From: an uncultured Desulfobacter sp.
Lineage (GTDB): Bacteria > Desulfobacterota > Desulfobacteria > Desulfobacterales > Desulfobacteraceae
DNA length: 64,000 nucleotides
Assembly: GCA_963665095.1 (NCBI GenBank)
Contig: OY762069.1
Location: 1,184,001-1,248,000, forward strand
Direction of reading: 5' to 3'
The notes beneath the pieces are model-generated. The model was not told the DNA's origin and searched no databases. It saw only the letters and a program-made list of their open reading frames with translations. The position numbers and the translations under genes were made by a program. Below are positions 31,374-41,081 of the stretch, one piece after another (position 1 is the stretch's first letter; every line of letters begins with the position of its first letter).

Positions 31374-32184
31374 CCAGATCAAAAAAGAATTTCTTGAAAT
31401 CTATGACACCCTGGCCCCCATAACGGTCCAGGATGTTCTTGAGGGCAGGCACCAGGAGGCATACCCCTGTTTTGACCGGCTTGACCAGATGGCGGTCATA
31501 AATATGGACGACCATACAGCCGAACGTCTGCGCACCAATGCCGAACTCTTTCCGGTACTTGAGCATATCTCCCGGCTGAAACGGACCAACGGCCTTCGCC
31601 TGGAGATCCGCAATGCAAAAATCGTTATTAATTCAGCCACCCCCTGGGAAACCGTCAAACAGTTTGTGTACTACCCCAACTATCTGGAACTTGCCCGCAT
31701 GGAGTACACCGGCGGCCATCTTTCTCCCGGAGACAGGGTAGTTTTTTTAGGCTCCGGCCCCATGCCGCTGACCCTGATCTGCCTTTGCACCCGGTATAAC
31801 ATTATAGGCATCGGTATTGAACAGTTCAAAGAGTACGCCCAGTTATCACGCCAGCTGATCCAGGCCCTGGATCTGAGCAACAAAATCCAGATCATTCAAG
31901 GCAACCACTTCTGCCTTCCCCTGTCCGATCCCTGTAAGCTTATTATGATCGGCGCAGACGCCCTGCCCAAAGATGAAATATTTGCCCATCTGTCAGCCAG
32001 CCTTGAAGGCGGCACAGCGCTTTCCTACCGGATTTATGAAAAGGGGTTACGAAGGCTTCTGGATGTCCAGTCCGGTTTCACGCTTCCCCAAGGAATCAAA
32101 GAGGTGCGCCGCATCCGGCCGGAACCGCCAGTGAACAACACATCTGTGTTTGCGATAAAAGAGCGTTTCCCCAACAATTTATGA
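31363..32184 (+). CDS. Nicotianamine synthase-like protein 2
   Basis: FVYYPNYLELARMEY, VFLGSGPMPLT, YRIYEKGLRRLL, VNNT. Confidence 0.85.
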   Translation: MTPDQIKKEFLEIYDTLAPITVQDVLEGRHQEAYPCFDRLDQMAVINMDDHTAERLRTNAELFPVLEHISRLKRTNGLRLEIRNAKIVINSATPWETVKQFVYYPNYLELARMEYTGGHLSPGDRVVFLGSGPMPLTLICLCTRYNIIGIGIEQFKEYAQLSRQLIQALDLSNKIQIIQGNHFCLPLSDPCKLIMIGADALPKDEIFAHLSASLEGGTALSYRIYEKGLRRLLDVQSGFTLPQGIKEVRRIRPEPPVNNTSVFAIKERFPNNL

Positions 32185-32323
32185 GCGGTTTGAAAAACTT
32201 ATTCGGGCAACTATCTCATACCCTTTGCCTGATCTATGATTCTTGAACAGAGACAGGCCATGGATACGGGTAAAGCAGGCGTGTTTGGGTGGAATGGAAA
32301 TCAGAATACGGTCGTGATATTGC

Positions 32324-32374
32324 AAACAACCTTCCTTTCATAGCGTTGATCAGCTAATGAAAGGAAGGTTGTTT
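32324..32374. terminator. Bidirectional terminator between the ECF/NAS and qrc operons
   Basis: 18-bp arms AAACAACCTTCCTTTCAT / ATGAAAGGAAGGTTGTTT. Confidence 0.7.
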
Positions 32375-32484
32375 ATATTTAACTCACGGAACTGTCAAAC
32401 TTATTGATGACTCGACCCCCACCCCGACCTGAGGCATGGTACCCAGTAAAATTTAAAAAGACAGAACCTTAATCATCCTAAACT

Positions 32485-32643
32485 CTAATGGTGCGACTCA
32501 CCATCGTCATTTACGGTGTCATATGCCGCCTTGAGAATGCAGTAGGTCATTCCCGCACCCAGAATAGAGATGGCATACCAGAACCCGCCGAAAAAAATGG
32601 CATGGCCGATGTCCCAGGCCCATTCAAAACAAAAGGGAAACAT
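32485..32643 (-). CDS. 52-aa small membrane protein downstream of qrcD (below ORF-track cutoff)
   Basis: MFPFCFEWAWDIGHAIFFGGFWYAISILGAGMTYCILKAAYDTVNDDGESHH*; AGGAGG RBS, 12 bp after the qrcD stop, one TM. Confidence 0.8.
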   Translation of the reverse strand: MFPFCFEWAWDIGHAIFFGGFWYAISILGAGMTYCILKAAYDTVNDDGESHH

Positions 32644-32655
32644 AAGAAACCTCCT

Positions 32656-33915
32656 TTATCCGTTTTGAGCTGCCGTATCGGCAGGTTTGTTAAGTTCCAG
32701 CTCCTGGGGGAATACCGGCAGGTACCGGTATGCCACGGCGATCAGGATAATGCCGTAGGCCACAGGCAGAACCGTTGTGGCAATTTCCTGCCAGCTTGGG
32801 AAATACAATGCCCAGGTGTCAAAGGACATGACAGGTACAGCCATGATCTGGAGCACCATAACCCAGCGGTTCAGACATACACCGATAACACCCAGGGTAA
32901 TGGCAATCAGGCGTGTGGTTGGGTTTTCCCGGGTGCTTTTCATGATCAGCAGAAGCCCTGGGACCACACCGCACAGGATCACTTCGGTAATGAGAATCCA
33001 GTATCCGTAGAACCCGTTATTGCTGTAAAAGTGACTCAGCTTGAACCCCATGGAAGGTGCGGTTACATAGGCCCAGTAAATGGTGTCTATGATTTTGGCC
33101 ACAATGTAGGTAGTGATCATCCATCCGGATATTTTGGCCAGCAGGTGAACCGTTTTGTCTCCCACCAACTTTTTACCCGTAACTGCTTCAGTAATCCTGG
33201 TTACCAGCAGGGTAAAGCATGGACCAAAAGCCGCTGCAGACCAGGTAAACAAAAAGAACGTCCACGGCCAGATCAAAAGGCCCTCACGATAGGCAAAGGG
33301 TCTGCCGAACATAACGCCGGCCACACCACCCAGAGATCCCTGGTGGAAAAAGCTTAAAAAAGCACCTGTTGCGGCAAAGACAGCCATCACTTCGTGCATG
33401 TTGTGGGCCAGGTGATGAAAGAACGGCACCTTGTAAGCCTGGCGGTTTTCCAGGATATTGGGAATGAACTCAATGGTCAGCACTGCAAAGTAGCAGGATA
33501 GACAGAAGGCCACCTCGGTGAGCATGGAATGCACATTGGCATGCCAGAAGATGAACCACCCGCGCAAAGGCTGTCCAATATCAATGGCCAGAATCAGAAG
33601 GGCTGAGCTGTAGCAGATAAACCCAATGATAACGGCAAAGTTAATGATATTTTTCAGCTCATCAACCTTGAAAATATACTTTAAAAGGCCAGTAAAAAAT
33701 GCGCCGCCGCCTACGGCAATAACTGCCAGGTCAGCCCAGATCCACAGGGCAAACCCGTAATAATCGTTCATATTGGTCTGGTTCAGGCCTTTGAACCAGC
33801 AAAGGAACATGGCGATAACGCCCCAGAGAAGAACGACACCGACTATGCTGATCCCAATCATGAATTTCGGGAATGCACACCGTTTGGCGCCTTCGGGTAT
33901 TAATGCATCATCCAT
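32656..33915 (-). CDS. qrcD: Menaquinone reductase membrane subunit QrcD (NrfD family)
   Basis: WIWADLAVIAVGGGAFF, DIGQPLRGWF, HQGSLGG, PSWQE; operon context. Confidence 0.92.
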   Translation of the reverse strand: MDDALIPEGAKRCAFPKFMIGISIVGVVLLWGVIAMFLCWFKGLNQTNMNDYYGFALWIWADLAVIAVGGGAFFTGLLKYIFKVDELKNIINFAVIIGFICYSSALLILAIDIGQPLRGWFIFWHANVHSMLTEVAFCLSCYFAVLTIEFIPNILENRQAYKVPFFHHLAHNMHEVMAVFAATGAFLSFFHQGSLGGVAGVMFGRPFAYREGLLIWPWTFFLFTWSAAAFGPCFTLLVTRITEAVTGKKLVGDKTVHLLAKISGWMITTYIVAKIIDTIYWAYVTAPSMGFKLSHFYSNNGFYGYWILITEVILCGVVPGLLLIMKSTRENPTTRLIAITLGVIGVCLNRWVMVLQIMAVPVMSFDTWALYFPSWQEIATTVLPVAYGIILIAVAYRYLPVFPQELELNKPADTAAQNG

Positions 33916-33946
33916 ATCTAATTACTCCTAAATAGTTTTATGCAAG

Positions 33947-34804
33947 TTAACCATGGGATGAAGACGCCCCATGATGGGTTTTAACATTTTCCCACTCACC
34001 TTTAAGATAGTTGTCACCGGCTTTCCTAACCCATTCCCGGTCAGACATGTAATACACCTTGGTGTTGGTGCCAAGACGTTCAAGCAGCCTGAATACTTTG
34101 GGGTTTCTGGATTTGCCGACAACTTTGTGGTTCATGGGGTCCGGATGGGGATCTGGTTTGACAATCTGGTGCACCTTGTGGGCCGGATTATTCAAATCCC
34201 CGAATACAATGGCACCGGCCGGGCATGCGGTGGTGCACGCGGTCTGGTATTCCATCTCTTCTATTTCGCGTTCTTCAGCAATGGCTGCTTCACGGGCCAG
34301 CTGATATCTGTGGTAACAGAAGGAGCATTTCTCTACCACCCCGCGCATACGCGGAGAGACATTGGGACTGAGGTAATTTTCCATCCCTTCCGGCCATTTG
34401 GGATCCCACCAGTTGAAATACCGGGCATGATAAGGGCATGCCCCCATGCAGTACCGGCAGCCAAAGCAGCGGGTATAAATCTGGCTGACAATACCAGTGT
34501 CATAGCCATAGTCAGTTGCTGTTGCAGGACATACAGAGACGCATGGGGAGTGGCCATGGTCACCAATTCCGCCGCAGTGCTGGCAGGGTCTTGGCAGATA
34601 GACCACTTCGGTTTCAGGAAAAGATTTTCCGTTGGTCAGTTTGTACACCCGCATCCAGGTGATGCTGTCCTTTTTGTTGGATTCATCCTCCTTAAACGGA
34701 ACGTTATTTTCTGACATGCACGAGACCATGCAGGCACCACATCCCGTGCATTTGTCCAGATCAATGACCATTCCGAACTTATGGGCTTTTTTATTTTCTA
34801 TCAT
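33947..34804 (-). CDS. qrcC: Menaquinone reductase Fe-S subunit QrcC
   Basis: CTGCGAC, CQHC, CFGCRYC, EKCSFC. Confidence 0.92.
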   Translation of the reverse strand: MIENKKAHKFGMVIDLDKCTGCGACMVSCMSENNVPFKEDESNKKDSITWMRVYKLTNGKSFPETEVVYLPRPCQHCGGIGDHGHSPCVSVCPATATDYGYDTGIVSQIYTRCFGCRYCMGACPYHARYFNWWDPKWPEGMENYLSPNVSPRMRGVVEKCSFCYHRYQLAREAAIAEEREIEEMEYQTACTTACPAGAIVFGDLNNPAHKVHQIVKPDPHPDPMNHKVVGKSRNPKVFRLLERLGTNTKVYYMSDREWVRKAGDNYLKGEWENVKTHHGASSSHG

Positions 34805-34836
34805 CAGAACCTCTTAAAAAGATTTGGTAAACAGTT

Positions 34837-36951
34837 TTATGCCTTGGAAAGTGTTGCCTTGATTCCAAAGGCAGCATCCAGTCCTGAACCAGGCTCGATG
34901 ACCGGGCCGATCAGATCATTGACATTAACGCCCTTGCCCGCCACATAGGGATTGTTGCACTTGTGGCCAAGGCCTCTTGCCATGCCGATCACTCCCGGCT
35001 GAATACCTTCATTGAGGCCAATTTTCACCTTAGCCGTTCCCACTGCAGTTTTCAAAACAGCAAAGTCGCCATCCTTCAGAGACCCTGCAGAAGCGGGATT
35101 GATTTCCACAACAATGCTCTTGCCGGTGAGTACCCGGTCTGACACCGTTTTAATGGCAAAGGGAGAGGAGGCAGTGTCAGCCCCGGCCAGACGCATATTA
35201 TCCACAGGCACCAGGGTAAAATCCCCCTCACCCATGGGCTGGATGGCAGCAGGTCCGGAAGAGAGGAAGTTGAAATCCGTGGCAGGCATCCCCACCGGCG
35301 GTTTATCCTCAATGACAATATAGCCCTCTTCGGAAAGGGTGTCCCAGTTATCCTGGGCAGCTTCTTCCAGGCAGGCATCATAGGATTCCCACTCAAAACC
35401 GGCTGCAATACTGTCTCCCATGGCCTGGGCCAGAAGAATCAGGGCATCACCCGGATGTTTGGTATCAAACGCCGGTTTAACCATAGGACGGCATAAGCCC
35501 ACAACTGTTTTGGGAAGCCCTGCGCCGGAAGGCACATCTTCAAGACGTTCAAGGAAAATGGAAGCAGGCAGGATCACGTCGGACTGCAGGGCGGTTTCAT
35601 CCATGAATGAGGAAAAACTGACCTTGAAATCAATCTTTTCCATGGCTGCCTTGACCTTATCAGGCGCATGCAGGGTGTAGCAGGGATTGGCATTGTAAAT
35701 GAACAATGCAGAGAGCCCCTTTTCCTTTTCAAGCTTTTCAACCAGTTCACTGATGGAACCGGCAAGTTTTTCTTTAGCCGCCCCTGTTTCCGCGATCTCA
35801 TCCTGTTCAAGCTCGGGAAAGGAGAGATAGTCTGTGACAGGCATAACAAATGCACCGCCTTCCTTGTTCAACCGACCAGCCAAGGCGTTCAGGGTCTGAA
35901 CAGCAGCAAATTCGCGCAGGCTTTGTCCATAATCGCCCTTTCCTTTTCCGGGAACCGCCACTGGTGCTTTGGCCTTAACAAACTCCATGGCAAGCGCTTC
36001 TATATCAGCGGCCTTGACACCGGTAACCGCTTCCACCTTTTCCGGTGTGTAATTCTTGGTTACCATGGCATGAAATTTATTGATGCCGCCGGTAAGCCTT
36101 CCAGGAGCAATCTGGTTCTTTGAAAGCAGTACCGCGCACAGCCCTAAGGCCAGATCGGCTTCGGTTCCGGGTTTTACAACGATCCATTTATCTGCACTGT
36201 TCGCTGTATTGGAAAGCCGGTAATCGATCTGAACCAGTTTTGCGCCGCGCTCTTTTCGTGCGGCATGGGCCTGAATGCAGGCCACCGGAGACCCCCAGCC
36301 TTCAATGAGACCGGCACCGAAACTTAAAATAAAATCAGAATGGTCAAGATCAAAACCAAGTGTCCGGTCAGCACTGTGAAGAGAGGCTGCTGTCAGGGCC
36401 AGATTGGTTTCAAGGCTTGGCATGGCATAGGTGTTTGGCGAACCAAAAGCATCCATGAATCGTGAAAACAATTTTGCCACGGAACCACAGGTGGTACCGG
36501 TGATCAGGCCAAGACCTTCAGGTGTTCCGTTTTCACGTAAAGCCCCAAGCTTTCCTGTAACAAGGGCAATGGCCTCATCCCAGGAAATCGCCTCAAATCT
36601 GTTTCCGTTCTTTTTCATGGGTGATTTGACTCTGGCAGGGTCATAGAGATACTGCAGGCCGGAAATACCATGCAGACATGCACCGCCGTTGTTAATGGGA
36701 TATTCGTCAAGCCCTTCTATTTTTACGGGCCGTCCGTTAACTTTTCTGACGTTAATACCGCAGGCGCCTGGACACAGGCTGCATACGGAACGTTCATAGG
36801 TTATTTCACCGTCTTCAGGGACAGGGGTCCAGGGCCAGTTCTGGGTCCAGATGGAAGAGTCATCTGTCAGCTTGATGCCCACAGGAGAGAGCGCTACGCC
36901 AGCTGCCGCGCCAAGTCCCAATCCCAAGAAGCTTCGTCTGTCAATTTTCAT
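34837..36951 (-). CDS. qrcB: Menaquinone reductase molybdopterin-family-like subunit QrcB
   Basis: Tat motif DRRSFL, DDSSIWTQNW, CSLCPGAC. Confidence 0.92.
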   Translation of the reverse strand: MKIDRRSFLGLGLGAAAGVALSPVGIKLTDDSSIWTQNWPWTPVPEDGEITYERSVCSLCPGACGINVRKVNGRPVKIEGLDEYPINNGGACLHGISGLQYLYDPARVKSPMKKNGNRFEAISWDEAIALVTGKLGALRENGTPEGLGLITGTTCGSVAKLFSRFMDAFGSPNTYAMPSLETNLALTAASLHSADRTLGFDLDHSDFILSFGAGLIEGWGSPVACIQAHAARKERGAKLVQIDYRLSNTANSADKWIVVKPGTEADLALGLCAVLLSKNQIAPGRLTGGINKFHAMVTKNYTPEKVEAVTGVKAADIEALAMEFVKAKAPVAVPGKGKGDYGQSLREFAAVQTLNALAGRLNKEGGAFVMPVTDYLSFPELEQDEIAETGAAKEKLAGSISELVEKLEKEKGLSALFIYNANPCYTLHAPDKVKAAMEKIDFKVSFSSFMDETALQSDVILPASIFLERLEDVPSGAGLPKTVVGLCRPMVKPAFDTKHPGDALILLAQAMGDSIAAGFEWESYDACLEEAAQDNWDTLSEEGYIVIEDKPPVGMPATDFNFLSSGPAAIQPMGEGDFTLVPVDNMRLAGADTASSPFAIKTVSDRVLTGKSIVVEINPASAGSLKDGDFAVLKTAVGTAKVKIGLNEGIQPGVIGMARGLGHKCNNPYVAGKGVNVNDLIGPVIEPGSGLDAAFGIKATLSKA

Positions 36952-36995
36952 AAGTCATCCTTTATAAACTTTGAAATTTTTGTCCTTGAGGTATT

Positions 36996-37667
36996 TTACT
37001 TGTGGCACTGGAAGCAGTAACCCTTGTGACCCATTTTTTCCTGATGACATTCTGCGCAGTCATCCATCTTCATCCGATCCCAGGAGTTCTTTTTAATTCC
37101 CCAGATGCTTTTCCCCCAGATGTCCCGGCTGTAACCGGTGATTCTGTTTTCCTCATAGGGGCGTGAAGATGTGGATTCACCAATATGACCGTGGCAGGTT
37201 ACGCACGCCATGCCGCCACCCACTGTGTGGGCCGCATGGGAGAAAAATACGCAGTCCGGCTGTTTGGCATACACCAGCCATGGGACTTCCTTGCCCTGGG
37301 CCACATATTCCTCAATGAAAACCGCTTCATCATCAGTCTCACCCATGGGCTCGTCCGTATGGCACTCCATACAGGCAGCCAGGCCGGGAATGCCTGAAAA
37401 TGTGCCGTCATCTCTGAGGTAATGGCAGGTTTCACAATCACCTGTTTCTTCTGCATGAAGCTTGTGATCGAAGTTAAACGGCTGCTCTTTTTTTGAATAA
37501 AGCAATTTGGGAAACAGCAGCCAGCCCGACAGGAAGCATATCAGAAATGCCCCCATAAAAAAGATGACGCCAAGCCCTAAACCAGCGTCATCCTTTGGAC
37601 CGTTGTCGGTGCCATGGTGCGCACCACTCTCAGGACCATCATTTGCTTTGTTTTCTAGTTCGCTCAT
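36996..37667 (-). CDS. qrcA: Menaquinone reductase multiheme cytochrome c QrcA
   Basis: One TM and five CxxCH motifs (CETCH, CMECH, CVTCH, CAECH, CFQCH); QPDCVFFSHAAH. Confidence 0.92.
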   Translation of the reverse strand: MSELENKANDGPESGAHHGTDNGPKDDAGLGLGVIFFMGAFLICFLSGWLLFPKLLYSKKEQPFNFDHKLHAEETGDCETCHYLRDDGTFSGIPGLAACMECHTDEPMGETDDEAVFIEEYVAQGKEVPWLVYAKQPDCVFFSHAAHTVGGGMACVTCHGHIGESTSSRPYEENRITGYSRDIWGKSIWGIKKNSWDRMKMDDCAECHQEKMGHKGYCFQCHK

Positions 37668-38215
37668 GAAAACTCCATCAATGTTAAATTGTTGATGTTA
37701 CCATACCCTTAGCAGCCCCGGGGGTAAGCCCGCAGGCATATATATACTTTCCGCAGAACAGCAATACCATGCAGATTCTGCAATACGTCCGAGAAAACAT
37801 GAATCGCTCAATCTATATTAAGATATGGTTTTCTTGTCAAGACTATTTGGGAAAAGGCGTGTCACGGAAACCCTTGTCAAACAGCACGGTGATGCCCATA
37901 AACACCACTTTTTTTTAACAGGATCACTTTTATGCTTTCTTTTTTTATAAATATCTGATTTTAACAATTCAATATCTCGTGAAAAATTTTGTATTAGGAT
38001 GCATAAAGATTCAGGTTGGCTTCGATCTTTATGCTCCCAATTGACACAACATAAAAATTGAAAAGAAATTAAGAATATTTTCAGTCAGGGGCGGACTGTT
38101 TTTTCACATCCAGGATCATCGCACAGCAGAATGGGCGCCTTAAGTCAGCAGGTTATCGACTCAGTCATACTTAAACGGACAGGATTTATATATATAAATA
38201 CCAAGGAGGTATAGT

Positions 38216-38779
38216 ATGAAAAAATCTCTGGGAGCCGGTACCTTTTTCCCTGCAACACCTGTCGTATTAGTAGGAACTTACGACCATGCGGGCAAACCAA
38301 ACCTGATGACAGCCGCATGGACAGGTATCTGCTGCTCCAAACCGCCATGCATGAATGTATCTCTTCGAAAGGCCACCTATTCCTACAGCGGCCTCCAGCA
38401 GCGAAAGGCATTTACCCTTGGCGTCCCATCGGCATCGCAGGTAAAAGAAGCTGATTTTATGGGCATTGTCAGCGGCCGTGATACAGACAAGTTTGAAAAC
38501 GCAGGATTTACTGCGGTGAAAAGCGACGTGGTAGATGCCCCCTATGCCGCTCAGATTCCTTTTATTGTGGAATGCCGTCTGATCCAAAGCCTGGAACTTG
38601 GCCTGCACACCCTGTTTGTGGGAGAGATTATGGATGTAAAGGCCGAAGAATATATCATGAACGGCGACGGACGCCCGGATCTGTCCAAGCTGTCCCCGTT
38701 TGTTTATGACAGCATTCGAAAGGAGTACCATGGTGTAGGCCAGATACTAGGCCGGGCCTTCTCCGTCGGTCACCCTTAA
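38216..38779 (+). CDS. Flavin reductase family protein (flavoredoxin-like)
   Basis: MKKSLGA, PNLMTAAW, GIVSGRDTDKF, GLHTLFVGEI; RBS AGGAGG. Confidence 0.9.
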   Translation: MKKSLGAGTFFPATPVVLVGTYDHAGKPNLMTAAWTGICCSKPPCMNVSLRKATYSYSGLQQRKAFTLGVPSASQVKEADFMGIVSGRDTDKFENAGFTAVKSDVVDAPYAAQIPFIVECRLIQSLELGLHTLFVGEIMDVKAEEYIMNGDGRPDLSKLSPFVYDSIRKEYHGVGQILGRAFSVGHP

Positions 38780-38792
38780 GAAAACTGCACCA

Positions 38793-39626
38793 TTATGCGT
38801 AACTGTGCAGCCCGCTTAACAGATAGTTGACGCCGAAATAGGTGAACAACACACCTGCAAAACCGATAATGGACACAATGGCCAGATTTTTACCGTGCCA
38901 GCCGCGCATAAGCCGCAGGTGCAGAAAAATGGCATAGATGAACCAGGTGATTAAAGACCAGGTCTCCTTGGGATCCCATGACCAGTATTTACCCCAGGCA
39001 GAATTGGCCCAGACCGATCCTGTTATAATACCTATGGTCAGAAATAAAAACCCGAAAACAATCATCTGGTAGGTCAGCTCATCAATGGTATCCCAGTCCG
39101 GAAGCCTGGCAAACAGGGTCCGGGCTTCCGGATCTTTGGGTTTGATAAAATACATGAAGCTGAACCCGAAAGCCAGGGCAAACCCGGCATACCCCAGAAA
39201 ACAGGTAATAACATGGGCAATAAGCCAGTTGGATTTCAGTGCCGGAATCAAAGGGCTGATCTTTGAGGTAATGGACGGATCAAAAGACGCATAGGCAATG
39301 CCTAAAAATATCAGAGGAGAGACAAATACACCGATAATGCTCTCCTTGTATTTAACTTCAACAAACACGTACAGGACCGCAGCTGTCCAGGAAAAAAAGA
39401 CAAGGGATTCATACATATTTGAAAAAGGAGCATGGCCGTATCCGATACGGTATGACTCCACCCACCGCAGTATAATACCACAGGTATTGGCGGCAAGGCC
39501 GATGACAATCACCCAGAACCCAAACCGGGCAAGTACCTGTTTTTTGAATGAGAAAGAACCGATATAAAGCACAGATGCCAGGGCATAAATAAATGTTGCA
39601 GCTGATAATAACAGGGAGTGATTCAT
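38793..39626 (-). CDS. ccsB: System II cytochrome c biogenesis heme transporter CcsB/ResC
   Basis: WWD domain WANSAWGKYWSWDPKETW, PALKSNWLIAHV, GLHSYA. Confidence 0.93.
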   Translation of the reverse strand: MNHSLLLSAATFIYALASVLYIGSFSFKKQVLARFGFWVIVIGLAANTCGIILRWVESYRIGYGHAPFSNMYESLVFFSWTAAVLYVFVEVKYKESIIGVFVSPLIFLGIAYASFDPSITSKISPLIPALKSNWLIAHVITCFLGYAGFALAFGFSFMYFIKPKDPEARTLFARLPDWDTIDELTYQMIVFGFLFLTIGIITGSVWANSAWGKYWSWDPKETWSLITWFIYAIFLHLRLMRGWHGKNLAIVSIIGFAGVLFTYFGVNYLLSGLHSYA

Positions 39627-41026
39627 TTTCCTGAAATTTCCTTTAATTCTTTTGCAAGTTTTTTAACAATCAGATTGGTACTCTGGGCATTGCGGTTGGC
39701 CCGGCCTGCCACCCATCCCCGAGTGAGACCGTTCCCTGCCGGTTCAAGGACAATGCATACGGACTGGTGGGAAATAAAAAAAGTAACCCAGCAGCCAATG
39801 ATCATGAGGATAAATCCACCGTAAACAAAGGGAACGCCCGGGTCCTTTGTCACCTGAAGGCCGCTATAATATGCCTGTTCAAAGGATTTTACCTCTACGG
39901 CAAACCTGCCTTTGCGCATTTTGTCAAAGGTGGGGAACTGGGTTGGCAACGCCACCCGGGTACTGTTTTCTCCGGGCAGGTCAATCCGGCCGATAAACGC
40001 TTCCCCGAGATTATGCCCGTTAAAGGTATAACGGGGCAGAAAACCCTCAAAGGTAAAGGTGCCGGCACCCTGTGGCAGGGATATCATTCCGCCGTTTTTA
40101 ATGATCTTGCTGATGATATTTCCCGTTGTATTGTCTTTTATTTCAAACAGGGCTTCATCCGGGGTCGTTGTGCCGTAGGAGGCCAGAAAAACATTGATAC
40201 CTTTATACCGTAAGGGGTGGTTCACCCGGATATCCCGGGTCATGCTTTCCTGGTTACCCTCTAAAATGGTCAAACTGGACTTGAACTCATCGGGAGCACC
40301 GGTATCATAGAATTTCACCTGGAAGTCATTGCACCTTATGGCAAAGGGAAGTTTAATGGGCAGTTTGGAATAGACATCAAATACGGTGTCTGCCGCCGTT
40401 CCCTCGTCCAGACGCAGGTCCGCTTTAAAACCAAAGGCGGTACCGATCAAAGCCCCTGCCAAAAGCAGCAGCACACTGGCATGCACCACGTAAACGCCGA
40501 GGCGGGACCAGCGTCCCTTTTCCGCATAAAGAACAAGCCTGTCCCCGTTTCTATTTTCAATAACCTTTCCGGATCTGCGGGCAAGAAGCGTTTTGATCCT
40601 GCCTGCCATCGTATCAATGGACATGTCACAGTCAAAGGCTTGTCGGTTCTTTGCTTTTTCGAACCGCTGGGGATTGACGGATATGCTTTTGGGAAAAATG
40701 ATCTTCCAGGTGACAGAGAGCCTGTCCACAGAGCAGACAACAATATTGACGCACAGCACCACAATAAGCAGCAGATACCACCATGCCTGGTACATCCGGT
40801 CCAGATCCAGCACCTGGATCAGATTGGTCATGCCAGGCCCGTATAGCCTGATATAAGCATCAGAGCTTCCGTTCTGCAGGATTACAGTTCCGATAACAGA
40901 TGTTAAAGCCAGAAGCACCAGGGTATAAACGGTGAGTTTCACCGAGGCAAAAAACATCCAGATATGATCGGCAAAGCTGGTTTTAGATTTCAAATCACGT
41001 CTTTCTTTCTGGTTATACCGTATCAC
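39623..41026 (-). CDS. resB: Cytochrome c biogenesis protein ResB
   Basis: FFASVKL, YVVHAS, VNHPLRYKG, GLQVTKDPG. Confidence 0.92.
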   Translation of the reverse strand: MIRYNQKERRDLKSKTSFADHIWMFFASVKLTVYTLVLLALTSVIGTVILQNGSSDAYIRLYGPGMTNLIQVLDLDRMYQAWWYLLLIVVLCVNIVVCSVDRLSVTWKIIFPKSISVNPQRFEKAKNRQAFDCDMSIDTMAGRIKTLLARRSGKVIENRNGDRLVLYAEKGRWSRLGVYVVHASVLLLLAGALIGTAFGFKADLRLDEGTAADTVFDVYSKLPIKLPFAIRCNDFQVKFYDTGAPDEFKSSLTILEGNQESMTRDIRVNHPLRYKGINVFLASYGTTTPDEALFEIKDNTTGNIISKIIKNGGMISLPQGAGTFTFEGFLPRYTFNGHNLGEAFIGRIDLPGENSTRVALPTQFPTFDKMRKGRFAVEVKSFEQAYYSGLQVTKDPGVPFVYGGFILMIIGCWVTFFISHQSVCIVLEPAGNGLTRGWVAGRANRNAQSTNLIVKKLAKELKEISGK

Positions 41027-41081
41027 TACCTGCGGGGACCCTGACCTTGAAATCTACAGGACCCGTCCATATTCCGTGCAG

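Noticed and set aside
32488..33357. 289-aa plus-strand ORF
   Set aside because: Antisense shadow of qrcD and the small ORF, with no motif. The same applies to most short overlapping ORFs in the track.
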